Assembly (NCBI GenBank): GCA_964465125.1
Contig: CAYXIO010000010.1
Location: 9,244-73,243 of the forward strand
Direction of reading: 5' to 3'
Source: an uncultured Planctomycetales bacterium
Lineage (GTDB): Bacteria; Planctomycetota; Phycisphaerae; UBA1845; Fen-1342
Length of the DNA stretch: 64,000 nucleotides
Of this stretch, positions 9,230-18,803 are shown one piece after another. Position numbers and translations under genes: made by a program. Under the pieces are notes generated by a model. The model was not told where the DNA came from and made no database searches. It was given only the letters and a program-made list of their open reading frames with translations. The stretch's first letter is position 1; every line of letters starts with the position of its first letter.

Positions 9230-10762
9230 CTACCAGGTCAAACCGCCACGCAGGGGCTTCTTGCGGTCCTTCGGCTTCTTCGCCGTGGGCGGCGGGGCGA
9301 GCCCGGCGGCCACTTCGGACGAGGGTGCTTCCGTGGCCGTCGGTTCGGGAGTCTTGGCGGCTTTGACCGAGAGCGAGATCCGCCGCTGGGGCGCGTCTAC
9401 GCCGAGCACACGCACCTGGACGACCTGGCCGACTTGGAGCACGTCCTTGACGGTGCGGACGCGCTGGTCGGAAAGTTGCGAGATGTGGACCAGCCCCTCG
9501 ACGCCCTCCTCAAGCTGGATGAACGCGCCGAAGTCGGTGATGCGCGTGACTGCCCCGCTGACGATGCTGTCCACGGCGTAACGCTCGGTGATGCCGTTCC
9601 AGGGGTCGCTGGCGAGGGCCTTGAGGCTCAGGCCGATCTTGCGCTTGTCGGGTACGACCGATGTGATCGCGACGCGGACGCGATCGCCGGCCTGAAGCAC
9701 GTCTTTCGGATGGCGGACGTGCTGCGTCCAACTCATCTCGCTGACCGGGATCAACCCCTCGATGCCCGGCTCCAGTTCGACGAAGGCCCCAAAATCGAGC
9801 AGCCGCGCGACCTGGCCCTCGGTGGTGTCGCCGGCGCGGTACTTGTCGCCGACCAGCGTCCAGGGGTCCGTCGCAAGCTGCTTGAGCCCGAGCGAGACGC
9901 GGTCCTTGACGAGGTCCATCTTCAGGATTTTGACCTCGACCTCCTGCCCTTCCTTGAGCAGCTCCTTGGGGTGGTTCAGCCGGCTGTAGCTCATGTCGCT
10001 GACGTGCAGCAGGCCGTCGATGCCGCCGAGGTCCACGAACGCGCCGTAATCCGCCAGCCGGCGGACGATGCCCTTGCGGGTCTGGCCCTCGGCGAGTTGG
10101 AAGCGGAGCTGTTGCCGCTCTTCCTCGCGCTGCCGCTCGAGGATTTTGCGGCGGCTGAGGACGACGCGCTTGCCGCGGCGATCGACCTCGAGCACTTCGC
10201 ACTCCAGCCAGTGGCCGATGTAGGAGCCGAAGTCTTCGTGGCGGACAAGATCGACTTGGCTGAGCGGCATGAAGCCGCGCAGGCCGTGGACGCGCAGCTC
10301 GAGCCCGCCGATGTTACTGCCGGTGACGCGGCCCTTGACGATGTCGCCGGCGACGAGCGATTCGAGGCTGGCCTGCACCTTGGCCTCGCGCAGCGACAAG
10401 CGCATGAGGCCGGATTCGCGGTCGAAGCCGTGCGGGACCAGCTCGAAGAGCTGTCCGACCTGCGGCGGTTCGTCCGGCTCGAATTCGTCGAGCGGGAGCA
10501 CGCCTTCGGCCTTGGTGCCGATGTCCACGAACACGTCGGCCCCGCTGATGCTGACGATGCGGCCCTTGATCCGGCCGCGGCTGTCGGCGGACGGCGTGTG
10601 CGGTTGGGGCGCGGCCGCCATCTGCCGTTCAAGGTCGGCGGTGGAGAGGTCGCCCACCTGCTCGGCCAGCTCCTGGTTCAACTGCGCATCATCGAGGTTA
10701 CGAGGGTCAATCGACACGGCAACACCATCCACACTGCCCCCTGTACCTTCCGAAACTCCCAT
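9230..10762 (-). CDS. rpsA: 30S ribosomal protein S1
   Basis: Multiple S1 OB-fold repeats (GRIVSISGADVFVDIGTKAEGVLP, GDIVKGRVTGSNIGGLELRV, GIVRRLADYGAFVDLGG-IDGLLHVSDM, GQVARLLDFGAFVELEPGIEGLIPVSEM, GAVTRITDFGAFIQLEEGVEGLVHISQL). The start is set at ATG 10762; ATG 10834 is also possible. Longer ORF versions run into tRNA-Leu. Confidence 0.9.
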   Translation of the reverse strand: MGVSEGTGGSVDGVAVSIDPRNLDDAQLNQELAEQVGDLSTADLERQMAAAPQPHTPSADSRGRIKGRIVSISGADVFVDIGTKAEGVLPLDEFEPDEPPQVGQLFELVPHGFDRESGLMRLSLREAKVQASLESLVAGDIVKGRVTGSNIGGLELRVHGLRGFMPLSQVDLVRHEDFGSYIGHWLECEVLEVDRRGKRVVLSRRKILERQREEERQQLRFQLAEGQTRKGIVRRLADYGAFVDLGGIDGLLHVSDMSYSRLNHPKELLKEGQEVEVKILKMDLVKDRVSLGLKQLATDPWTLVGDKYRAGDTTEGQVARLLDFGAFVELEPGIEGLIPVSEMSWTQHVRHPKDVLQAGDRVRVAITSVVPDKRKIGLSLKALASDPWNGITERYAVDSIVSGAVTRITDFGAFIQLEEGVEGLVHISQLSDQRVRTVKDVLQVGQVVQVRVLGVDAPQRRISLSVKAAKTPEPTATEAPSSEVAAGLAPPPTAKKPKDRKKPLRGGLTW

Positions 10763-10934
10763 AGTACCGCACCGTGCGTGCCAGCCCAACCCCCCGCCGC
10801 GGCTGGTTTGGCACGCGAGCCCGATCGTTTCCATGATGTTTGGACGCCGGTCAGGATCGAGCCGGGGTTGACGAGGGTACGTGGCGGGCATAGAGTGCAA
10901 AGTTCCCCGGTGGGGTCGGCTGATCCGCCGGGAC

Positions 10935-11018
10935 GCCCGGATGGCGGAATTGGCAGACGCGCCAGGTTGAGGGCCTGGTGAGGGCAACCTCGTGCTGGTT
11001 CGAATCCAGTTCCGGGCA
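10935..11018 (+). tRNA. tRNA-Leu (anticodon GAG), long variable arm
   Basis: Hand-folded. Acceptor gcccgga/tccgggc, anticodon stem ccagg/cctgg with loop ttGAGgg, variable arm, T-arm gctgg-ttcgaat-ccagt, discriminator A. Confidence 0.9.
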
Positions 11019-11023
11019 GAAAC

Positions 11024-11097
11024 GCGCTGCTAGCTCAACTGGATAGAGCGTCGGCCTACGGAGCCGAAGGTTAGGGGTTCGAATCCCTTGCGGCGCG
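11024..11097 (+). tRNA. tRNA-Arg (anticodon ACG)
   Basis: Hand-folded. Acceptor gcgctgc/gcggcgc, D-arm gctc-aactggata-gagc, anticodon stem tcggc/gccga with loop ctACGga, T-arm agggg-ttcgaat-ccctt. Confidence 0.9.
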
Positions 11098-11153
11098 ATT
11101 GGGCGGGCGGGGGAAACGGGTCGAGTGGTCCCGCGTCGGCGCGGCCCGGGAGT

Positions 11154-11247
11154 CAGTTGAAAAAGGGTACAGGCACCGCTGAAAGCCCCACTGGCGCCGC
11201 CGCGAAAGCGTCTTGCCGCGGAGCCAGTCCCCTTTTTCAACGGACTG
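11154..11247 (+). repeat. MITE-like palindromic element, family D, copy 1
   Basis: cagttgaaaaaggg...cccctttttcaacggactg with terminal inverted repeats gttgaaaaaggg. A near-identical reverse-complement copy is at 62334-62427. Confidence 0.85.
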
Positions 11248-11259
11248 TCGGGCCGGTTC

Positions 11260-11493
11260 TCAAGTCCCCGTGCGCCGCTTGGTCTTTCGAACACCGGAAC
11301 TCGCCGCGCCCTCGGCTACGTCGCTTCCTTCCCTCCGGCGGGCGGCCGTGAGCACGGTCTCGAATTCCGCCCCGCCGGCGCGAAAGAAGTCGACTTCCTG
11401 CTGCGGCGTCAGGCCGCGAACGCGGGCCCGGATGCGGCGTTGCGCGGCCCGCTTCATGGCCACGCAGTCAAATTTCTTGCTCTTCTTCGCCAT
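11260..11493 (-). CDS. Small basic protein downstream of the PIN gene (possible cognate partner)
   Basis: ATG at 11493 gives MAKKSKKFDCVAMKRAAQRRIRARVRGLTPQQEVDFF. It overlaps the PIN gene's 3' end by 26 nt. Confidence 0.45.
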   Translation of the reverse strand: MAKKSKKFDCVAMKRAAQRRIRARVRGLTPQQEVDFFRAGGAEFETVLTAARRREGSDVAEGAASSGVRKTKRRTGT

Positions 11494-11932
11494 AGTCGAT
11501 GACCTCGAGCGGCGAGCGAATCTCCACCGGGCGGTGGCCATGCAATGCGTTCACTGCATTATACAATCGGATCTTGTCGAAATGCACAATGTGCCGGAAG
11601 TTCCAACTCACGATCAATTCCGCTCCGCCGACCGTAGCCGCCGCCACATGCCCGGCATCCTCAGCCCACTGCGGCCCGAGGATGCCGGCCGAAAGATACG
11701 CATTGCGAAGCGACAAGGTCATCTCGTCGAACGGCGCCAGACGCATGAAAGGCGCCAACGCAGCGAATAGGCGTCGCACGCGCTGCGGCGCCTCCTCGAT
11801 TTCGCGTCGGACGATATCAGAGACCAACAGCTCGAAACGCCGGGCGCGTACGAGCGCGAAGAACGCCCGGCTCGCCGTGGTGAACTCGTCATCAAAGACG
11901 CCGCCGTACACGGACGTATCGGCGTATACCAT
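11468..11932 (-). CDS. PIN-domain protein (VapC-like ribonuclease)
   Basis: MVYADTSVYGGVFDDEF start (PIN Asp), then internal ...AEDAGHVAAATVGGAELIVSWNFRHI. ATG at 11932. Confidence 0.7.
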   Translation of the reverse strand: MVYADTSVYGGVFDDEFTTASRAFFALVRARRFELLVSDIVRREIEEAPQRVRRLFAALAPFMRLAPFDEMTLSLRNAYLSAGILGPQWAEDAGHVAAATVGGAELIVSWNFRHIVHFDKIRLYNAVNALHGHRPVEIRSPLEVIDYGEEEQEI

Positions 11933-11991
11933 GCGTGCGGGCACGGCGGTTCTCCTTCAGCTCAGGCGCACTGGCGGCGGGCTGCGGGCGG

Positions 11992-12897
11992 CTACTCAAA
12001 CCGCGAAATCGCGCGCAGCGTCGCCAGGCGTTGCGCCACCGCCTGCGGCGTCACCGCGGCCAGGGCTTCGATCGAGAACGATTCCAGCACAAACGACCCG
12101 ATCACCGAGCCGCGGGCCATCGCCGCCCGCAGCGTGGGCCAATCCCACCGCCCCGCCGACGCGAGATAGCCCAGCGTCCCGCCCGCGAAGCTGTCGCCGC
12201 AGCCGGTCGGATCAATCACGTCTTCCGTCGGGTACGGCGGCATGATGAACAGCTCGTCGTCCGCGACGAGCAGGCTGCCGTGTTCGCCCTTCTTGATGAT
12301 GACGAAGCGCGGCCCGAGCTTGAGAATCTCCCGGCCGGCCGTCACCAGGTTCGTCTGGCCCGCCAGCAGCCGGGCTTCGGCTTCGTTCAGAACGAGACCG
12401 TGTACCACCGCCAGGGTCTTGCGCAGCTCCGCCGGCTCGTTCTCAATCCATAGGTTCATCGTGTCGCAGACGATCAGTTCCGCGCGGCGGAGTTGCTGCG
12501 CGAACTCGCGCTGCAACGCCGGGTGAGTGTTGGCGAGGAACACGAAGCGGCTGTCAGCGAACTCCGCGGGGATGGGGGCGCCGCGCTCGGCGAGCACGTT
12601 CAGCCGCACGTCCACTGTCTCAGCCTCGTTCATCGCGCCGACGTAGCGGCCGTGCCAGCGGAAGGTGCGGCTGCCGCGGCGAACCTCGACGCCGCGCGTG
12701 TCCACCCCGCGCGTGCGCAGGGGTTCGAGGCACGTGAGATCAAAGTCCTCGCCGACGACGCCGACCATGCGCACGGGGGTAAACAGGGCGGCAGCGAGCG
12801 AGAAATAGACGGCCGAGCCGCCGAGCGCGTCCTCGATTCGCCCGAGCGGGGTCTCGACCGTGTCGATGCCGATTGAGCCGGTGACCAGAAGGGACAT
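11992..12897 (-). CDS. PfkB-family carbohydrate/nucleoside kinase
   Basis: MSLLVTGSIGIDTVETPLG... at the N-terminus and DPTGCGDSFAGG (PfkB signature 2) near the C-terminus. Confidence 0.8.
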   Translation of the reverse strand: MSLLVTGSIGIDTVETPLGRIEDALGGSAVYFSLAAALFTPVRMVGVVGEDFDLTCLEPLRTRGVDTRGVEVRRGSRTFRWHGRYVGAMNEAETVDVRLNVLAERGAPIPAEFADSRFVFLANTHPALQREFAQQLRRAELIVCDTMNLWIENEPAELRKTLAVVHGLVLNEAEARLLAGQTNLVTAGREILKLGPRFVIIKKGEHGSLLVADDELFIMPPYPTEDVIDPTGCGDSFAGGTLGYLASAGRWDWPTLRAAMARGSVIGSFVLESFSIEALAAVTPQAVAQRLATLRAISRFE

Positions 12898-12922
12898 CGT
12901 TGCTCCAGTCCAGAACGACCCG

Positions 12923-14239
12923 TTAACCCGCGGCCAGCCAGCAGCCCGCGAGCAAGCCCACACCATAGCCGGAAGCACTCGCCGCGCCGACCCACGCCAA
13001 GGCCGGCGGCGCCCGGCCGAACGCCACGCTGAGCCGCGCGCCGACCAACCCCGTCGCAAGCGTCGCCAGCATCTGCACCGCGGCCAGCGGCGCTACGCCG
13101 GGGGATGCCCACAGTAGCCCCGCTTGTGCGAACAGTACCACCGGCAACAATCGCCCCAGACTCTCGCCGCGCAGGCTCGGCCAGCGGCGCGCGCACAGGC
13201 CCGTGCTGAGCACGCCCGCGAGGGCGGCGGCCGCGAGGATGGTCAAACCGGTGGCCGTTTGCGCGTGGTCCAGGGTCGCGCCGGGCAGGCTGCGCATGAG
13301 CGCGGCGCCGGCCAGCGCCGCGGCCACGCCCGTGCCGGCGAGTTCCACCCAAAACTGGTGCAGACGCGGGCCGGGTTGCTGCGCCGTTTCGCGTGGCAGG
13401 TCGCCGGTCGCACGGCGTACGACCGCGGCGAGGGCCGCGCCGTATGACGCCAGCAGCGCGGCTAGCGCCAGCGTGGCCGGCCGCGGCGTGCCGCTCGCTG
13501 CGTAGCCTGTCAGCGCGGCGGCCGTCAGCGCGACGACCCACACGCTGACCGCCCGCCCGCGGCGCGGTCGAATGAGCCGCTGCCAGCCATGCAGTGCGAC
13601 GAGCACGAGCGCCCCCGCGGCGGCGACGAGCAGCAGGCCGAGGGCCGCAGGTGCCAGGTGAAGCAACTCGCTCAGCCACGGTGGATGCAGGAAGCGCTGC
13701 GCAAGCCACTGCTCCCAGGCGCCCAGGCGCGCCGTGAACCACAGCAGCAGCGACCAGCCGCCGGCGAGGGCCAAGGCCAACACGCCGGTGAGCGTGGCGG
13801 CGAATTCCAGCGTTACGCCGTCGTCGCCGGTTGCAGCGTTGCGGGGCGGTGCGCCGCGCATCCGACGTTGAATCACCGCGCGCGGCACGAGCAGCCCGGC
13901 CACGGCCCCAGCGGCGAGGAGCACGCCCGTGAAGGTCACGACCGCAGGGGCAGGGACGAAGCGCGGACGCAGGGCGTCGATGACAAACAACAGCCCCGTC
14001 ACGCCGGCGACCGCGACTAGGGCCGTGCAGGCGTGAATTTGACCGACCAGCGCACGCGGCGGGGGCGCGGGCGGCGCGGTGTCCGGTGCGCGGCACTCTT
14101 CGGTCCGTATCGAGCGAGCGTCCACGGCCGCACCGGCCGGAGGCCCATGCTCCCGGCGCGTGCTGGCGGCACGGGGACCACGGGCACTACCAGGCGCGGG
14201 TTGTGCTCGCCGGCGCAAAGGTCCTCCTTCCACCTTCAT
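12923..14239 (-). CDS. Polytopic membrane protein, unknown function
   Basis: Roughly ten Ala/Leu/Gly-rich hydrophobic segments. The start is uncertain: ATG 14239 overlaps the birA 3' end by 53 nt. Confidence 0.45.
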   Translation of the reverse strand: MKVEGGPLRRRAQPAPGSARGPRAASTRREHGPPAGAAVDARSIRTEECRAPDTAPPAPPPRALVGQIHACTALVAVAGVTGLLFVIDALRPRFVPAPAVVTFTGVLLAAGAVAGLLVPRAVIQRRMRGAPPRNAATGDDGVTLEFAATLTGVLALALAGGWSLLLWFTARLGAWEQWLAQRFLHPPWLSELLHLAPAALGLLLVAAAGALVLVALHGWQRLIRPRRGRAVSVWVVALTAAALTGYAASGTPRPATLALAALLASYGAALAAVVRRATGDLPRETAQQPGPRLHQFWVELAGTGVAAALAGAALMRSLPGATLDHAQTATGLTILAAAALAGVLSTGLCARRWPSLRGESLGRLLPVVLFAQAGLLWASPGVAPLAAVQMLATLATGLVGARLSVAFGRAPPALAWVGAASASGYGVGLLAGCWLAAG

Positions 14240-15020
14240 CGAGTTGGACGAGCAGGTCGCCGTCGGCGGTGACTTCCAGGGCCGTGCCGTGGAAGGTGCG
14301 GGCGTCGTGCTGCAAAGCGACGCGCGTGCCCATGTCCATGCAGCGCGCCCGCCAAGCCGCGTGCAGCTCCGGCCAGCCCGTTGCGGGTGTTGCGATCTGC
14401 GAAAGCCGGGCGTCCAGACACGCCACCAGGCTCGCCGCAACGGCTTGCCGCAGGACGGGCTGACGCGACTCCAGCTCCAGCGACGTGGCGTGGCTCGCGA
14501 TTTCGGGAGAGAAATGCCCGCGCTGCTGGTAGCAATTCAATCCGATGCCGATGACGACGGCCCGGTCGCCGACGGAGGGACGCGAAGCGGAGCTTCGCGG
14601 CCCCCAGTTGCATGATTCCACGAGCACGCCGCCGAGCTTCCGGCCATGCACCAGGACGTCGTTCGGCCAACGAATGCCGGCGGTACAGTGGGTCGCTTGC
14701 TCGACCGCCTCGCACGCGGCGACGGCCGCGAGCAGTCCGCCGCGGATCAGCAGCGGCGAATCCGATGGCTCGTCCAGCAGCACGCTGAGGAGCACGGACG
14801 AGCCGCGCGGGGCCTCCCAACGCCGGCCGAGCCGCCCGCGGCCGGCGGTCTGCGACTCGGCCCAGGCGAGGGCCCCATCCCCGGCGGTGGCGGCTGCGCG
14901 CAGCAAGAACGCGTTGGTGCTGTCGAGCGCGTCGTGTACAAAAACCTGTCGCCCAAGACGCCGCAGCGGTCCAGCGGGCAGCAGGTCCGCGCTCGTCAGG
15001 GGGCGCTGTTCGGCCGACAT
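14187..15020 (-). CDS. birA: Biotin--[acetyl-CoA-carboxylase] ligase (no N-terminal HTH)
   Basis: ATG 15020 gives MSAEQRPL... Hallmark QTAGRGRLGRRWEAPRGSSVLLSVLL and IRWPNDVLVHGRKLGGVLVE. Confidence 0.85.
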   Translation of the reverse strand: MSAEQRPLTSADLLPAGPLRRLGRQVFVHDALDSTNAFLLRAAATAGDGALAWAESQTAGRGRLGRRWEAPRGSSVLLSVLLDEPSDSPLLIRGGLLAAVAACEAVEQATHCTAGIRWPNDVLVHGRKLGGVLVESCNWGPRSSASRPSVGDRAVVIGIGLNCYQQRGHFSPEIASHATSLELESRQPVLRQAVAASLVACLDARLSQIATPATGWPELHAAWRARCMDMGTRVALQHDARTFHGTALEVTADGDLLVQLDEGGRRTFAPASTTRAW

Positions 15021-15036
15021 ATCCCGATTGTACCGC

Positions 15037-16557
15037 TCAGTCCCGATAGAGCGGCTCAAGCGCGGCGTACGTTGCGGCCAGCCGCGGTGCGCGGGCGGCG
15101 TACTGGCGGGTGCGCGCGGGATGGGGGCGGTAGGACTTGGCGCTGGTGATGGTCGCCGCGCAGGCCGCGGGCACGCTGGGGAACGCGCCGACGCCGACGC
15201 CGGCGAGCAGCGCGGCCCCGAGCGCGCTGCCCTCCTCCGAGCGCAGCGCCACGCACCGGACGCCGTAAGTGTCGGCCTGGAGCTGTCTCCACCAGGGGTT
15301 GCGGGCGCCACCGCCGGCGAGGCGGACCTCGCGGATCGGCACACCCGAGTTGCGGATCAGGTCGAGTTGGCGGGCGAGGTTTAGCGTGATGCCTTCGATG
15401 AGCGCGCGAAGCAAGGTGCCGCGCGTTTGTGCGCGGGTCAAACCGACAAATGCGCCGCGGGCGTGCGGGTGGGCGTGGGGACAGCGCTCGCCGGTCAGAT
15501 ACGGGTGAAACACGGGCAGGTCGTCCGCACTTGCGCGTGCGGCTTCGGCGATCATCGCCGTGTATAGCGCGTCGCGGGCGGCGGAGGTCCGCGCCGCCGC
15601 CAGCCGGTCGGCGTAGAAGACCTCGCGTGCCCACTGGAGGCTGCCGCCGGCGGACAACATGCACCCGAACACGCACCACGCGCCCGGCACGGCGTGACAG
15701 AACGACTGGAGCAGACCGGCGTCATTGGGCACCGGCCGCGGGCTGTGAGCAAACATGACGCCGCTCGTGCCCAGCGTTGCGGACACGATCCCCGCCCGCA
15801 CGACCCCCGTGCCGACCGCCGCGGCGGCCTGGTCGCCCGCGCCGGCCACGACGGGCGTGCCGGCGCGCAGACCGGTGGCGCGTGCCGCGGCAGGCGTCAG
15901 TTCGCCGATGACGGTGCAGGATTCCGCAACCGGCGGAAACAGGGCCGCATCGAGTTTCAGACGCGCCATGAGTTCGCCGGACCAGCAGCGCCGCGCCACG
16001 TCGAACAGGAGCGTGCCCGAGGCGTCCGAGACATCGCTGGATCGCACGCCCGTGAGGCGAAAGTTGATGTAGTCCTTCGGCAAGAGGACGGTCCGTACGC
16101 GCGCGAAGCGGCGCGGCTGGTGTTTTCGCAGCCACAGGATTTTCGGCGCCTGATACCCCGTCAGGGCGACGTTGCGGACCAGTTTGATGAGTTCCGCCCG
16201 GCCCCCGGCCCGGCGTTCGATTTCCGCACACTCGGTCGTGGTGCGCTGGTCGTTCCAAAGCAGGGCGTTGCACAGGACCGTACCGCGGGCGTCGAGGCAC
16301 ACGCTGCCGTGCATTTGGCCCGCGAGGCCCACGCCGGCCACGTCGCGGCCCGTTGCGTGCGCCTGGCGCAGCCCGGCTTTGATCGCCCGGCAAGCCGAAG
16401 TCCACCAGTCGTCCGGCCGTTGTTCGGACCAGCCGGGACGCGGTAACAAGCTCGGATGCGCCGCGGAGGCGGTCGCCCGCACCTTGCCGCCCGCGTCAAG
16501 CAGCAGCGCTTTCGTGCCGCTCGTGCCGACGTCCACGCCTAGTAGCAGCTTGGCCAT
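15037..16557 (-). CDS. xylB: FGGY-family carbohydrate kinase, xylulokinase-like
   Basis: MAKLLLGVDVGTSGTKALLLD...PGWSEQRPDDWW, plus C-terminal GGGARNPWWRQLQADTYG. Confidence 0.75.
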   Translation of the reverse strand: MAKLLLGVDVGTSGTKALLLDAGGKVRATASAAHPSLLPRPGWSEQRPDDWWTSACRAIKAGLRQAHATGRDVAGVGLAGQMHGSVCLDARGTVLCNALLWNDQRTTTECAEIERRAGGRAELIKLVRNVALTGYQAPKILWLRKHQPRRFARVRTVLLPKDYINFRLTGVRSSDVSDASGTLLFDVARRCWSGELMARLKLDAALFPPVAESCTVIGELTPAAARATGLRAGTPVVAGAGDQAAAAVGTGVVRAGIVSATLGTSGVMFAHSPRPVPNDAGLLQSFCHAVPGAWCVFGCMLSAGGSLQWAREVFYADRLAAARTSAARDALYTAMIAEAARASADDLPVFHPYLTGERCPHAHPHARGAFVGLTRAQTRGTLLRALIEGITLNLARQLDLIRNSGVPIREVRLAGGGARNPWWRQLQADTYGVRCVALRSEEGSALGAALLAGVGVGAFPSVPAACAATITSAKSYRPHPARTRQYAARAPRLAATYAALEPLYRD

Positions 16558-16559
16558 GC

Positions 16560-17621
16560 TCAGCCCTGCTTTGAGAGACGCGCCGTCTTTGAAGGACGCA
16601 GCAGCCCCGCCCGCGGCTCCAGCCACAAATCCGCCGTCTCACGCCGCAGAAACCGGCGATAGCCGAGCGCGGCGATCATGGCGGCGTTGTCGGTGCAGTA
16701 CTTCATGGGCGTCAGGAGCAGCGTCAGACCGGCGCGCGTGCAGGCGTCCTGAAGCTGCGCACGCAGGGCGCTGTTGGCCGCGACGCCGCCGCCCACGACC
16801 ACGTTTACCACGCCGGCCCGCTGTGCCGCCGCGAGCGTTTTCTTGACCAGCGTCTGGACCAGGGCGGCTTGAAAGCTCGCGGCCACGTCGGCGACTTCCT
16901 GCGGCGTGAGGTGTGCCACCGAGCCGTATTTCTGCCCGCCGCCGTAGACGTGGTAGAGCACAGCGGTCTTGAGGCCGCTGAAGGAGAAGTTGGCGTGTGG
17001 CTCGTGAATCCAGGGGCGCGGGAAACGCACGGCTTTCGGGTTGCCGTCGCGGGCTACACGGTCAATCACTGGGCCGCCGGGGTAACCCAGTTCCAGAATG
17101 GCCGCGACCTTGTCGAATGCCTCGCCGGCGGCGTCATCTACCGTCTGGCCCAGTAGCTCGATGTCCAGGAAATCGCGGACGAGGTAGAGCGACGTGTGTC
17201 CGCCGCTGACGACGAGGGCGACGGCGGGCCAGGGCGGCGGATCGGCCGTCAAACTGGCGCTGGTGGCGTGTGCTTCGATGTGGTCCACGGGAACCAGGGG
17301 CAGTCCGCGGGTAAGCGCCAGCGTCTTCGCCGCGGTTACGCCGACGAGAAGCGACCCGACGAGGCCGGGGCCGACCGTGACGGCGAGCGCGTCCAGATCC
17401 TCGTAGCTTACGCCCGCCGTGGCCAGCGTTTCCTCGATGATGGGACGGATGCGCTCGATGTGCGCCCGCGAGGCGATCTCCGGCACGATGCCGCCGTATT
17501 TCGCGTGCAAGTCCACCTGAGAACTGACCAGGCTGGCGCGCACGTCGCGTCCGTTGACGACGACCGCGGCGGAGGTTTCGTCGCACGAGGTTTCGATCCC
17601 CAGAATCGTGCAGTCTTTCAC
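16560..17621 (-). CDS. tsaD: tRNA N6-adenosine threonylcarbamoyltransferase
   Basis: ILGIETSCDETSAAVV, HIEAH, GPGLVGSLLVG and GGVAANSALR motifs. Confidence 0.92.
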   Translation of the reverse strand: MKDCTILGIETSCDETSAAVVVNGRDVRASLVSSQVDLHAKYGGIVPEIASRAHIERIRPIIEETLATAGVSYEDLDALAVTVGPGLVGSLLVGVTAAKTLALTRGLPLVPVDHIEAHATSASLTADPPPWPAVALVVSGGHTSLYLVRDFLDIELLGQTVDDAAGEAFDKVAAILELGYPGGPVIDRVARDGNPKAVRFPRPWIHEPHANFSFSGLKTAVLYHVYGGGQKYGSVAHLTPQEVADVAASFQAALVQTLVKKTLAAAQRAGVVNVVVGGGVAANSALRAQLQDACTRAGLTLLLTPMKYCTDNAAMIAALGYRRFLRRETADLWLEPRAGLLRPSKTARLSKQG

Positions 17622-18625
17622 AGCGTCACGACGAGTTTGCCGAAGTGCTCGCCCGCCGCCATGCAGCGGAATGCATCGGGCAGTTTTTCAAAGGGGTACG
17701 TGCGGTCGATGACCGGCTGAATGCGGTGCGCGGCCAGAAACTGGTTCATGGCTTCGAATGCGGCCCGCGAATCAACCATGATGCCGGCGATGTGCAGCCG
17801 CTTCATCAGGATCAGGCCGGTGGTCACGCTGCCCTGGCGACCAGTGAGCGCGCCTAGCAGCGCGATCGTGCCGCCGGCCCGCGTGGCTTTCAGCGAGCGG
17901 TCGAGCGTGCCGGGGCCGGCGTTTTCGACGGTAACATCGACGCCGGCGCCGCCGGTCAGCTCGAGCACTTGCTGTTCCCAGTCGGGGTGGGTGGCGTAGT
18001 TGACGGTGTGGTCCGCGCCGAGCTGGCGGGCCCGCGTGAGCTTGGCGTCGTTGCGGCTCGTGATGATGACAGTGGCGCCCATCGCTTTGGCGAGCTGAAG
18101 GGCGAAGATCGACACGCCGCCGGTGCCGAGGGTGAGGACGGTCTGGCCCGCTGCGACGAGTGTGACGGTGCGCAGCGCGCTCCAGGCGGTCAGGGCGGCG
18201 ATCGGGAGCGTCGCGGCCTGGGCGAAGTCGTAGCCCGCGGGGATCGGCACGACCGCCTCCGCGCTGAGCACGACCTGTTCGGCGGCGAGACCGGCGGCGG
18301 GGGTGCCCAGCGTCGTCGCCAGGTACTGCTGCTGGAACGGACCTCCCAGCCAGCCGGAGACGAAGTGAGACATCACGCGGTCGCCGGCGCGCACGCGGCT
18401 GACGCCCGGACCGACCGCGGACACGACGCCCGCCCCGTCGCTGATCGGCACGGCGGGGAGCTTGAGTTTGGGGTTGTATTGTCCGGTGACGACCAGCAGG
18501 TCTCGATAATTCAAGCTCAGGGCCTGCACGGCGAGGACGATCTCGCCCGGTCCCGGCTGCCGGGCCGGGGCGTCGGTGAGCCGAAGGTTCTCGATGCCTA
18601 ACTGGTTGAGGTGAAAGGCGCGCAT
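17618..18625 (-). CDS. Zinc-type/MDR NAD(P)H quinone oxidoreductase-like dehydrogenase
   Basis: GAGGAG precedes ATG 18625. MRAFHLNQ...GEIVLAVQALSLNYRDLLVVTGQY, and GQTVLTLGTGGVSIFALQLAKAMGA (Rossmann motif). Confidence 0.8.
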   Translation of the reverse strand: MRAFHLNQLGIENLRLTDAPARQPGPGEIVLAVQALSLNYRDLLVVTGQYNPKLKLPAVPISDGAGVVSAVGPGVSRVRAGDRVMSHFVSGWLGGPFQQQYLATTLGTPAAGLAAEQVVLSAEAVVPIPAGYDFAQAATLPIAALTAWSALRTVTLVAAGQTVLTLGTGGVSIFALQLAKAMGATVIITSRNDAKLTRARQLGADHTVNYATHPDWEQQVLELTGGAGVDVTVENAGPGTLDRSLKATRAGGTIALLGALTGRQGSVTTGLILMKRLHIAGIMVDSRAAFEAMNQFLAAHRIQPVIDRTYPFEKLPDAFRCMAAGEHFGKLVVTL

Positions 18626-18803
18626 CGGTCGCTCCTCGATACGACGATCTGGTCCAGGGGCCCTATCGTAGCCCAAGCGGCGGGTGCTCCCCAGCGGACG
18701 CGGGCAAACCACATCGCCTGCCGGGATTGCCGGCGGCGTTGCCGCCCACGACAATAGTGCGATGGCCGCCTGCCGGGGCCGCGGCCCGTGCAGCGAGGAC
18801 CAG

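Noticed and set aside
9095-10981. 628-aa plus-strand ORF
   Set aside because: It is exactly antisense to rpsA, whose S1 repeats are unambiguous. The translation is low-complexity Asp/Ala/Leu/Arg.
12630-14096. 488-aa alternative minus-strand frame over the polytopic membrane gene
   Set aside because: The translation is Arg/Ala/Gly-rich. The other frame (12923..14239) gives regular hydrophobic segments.
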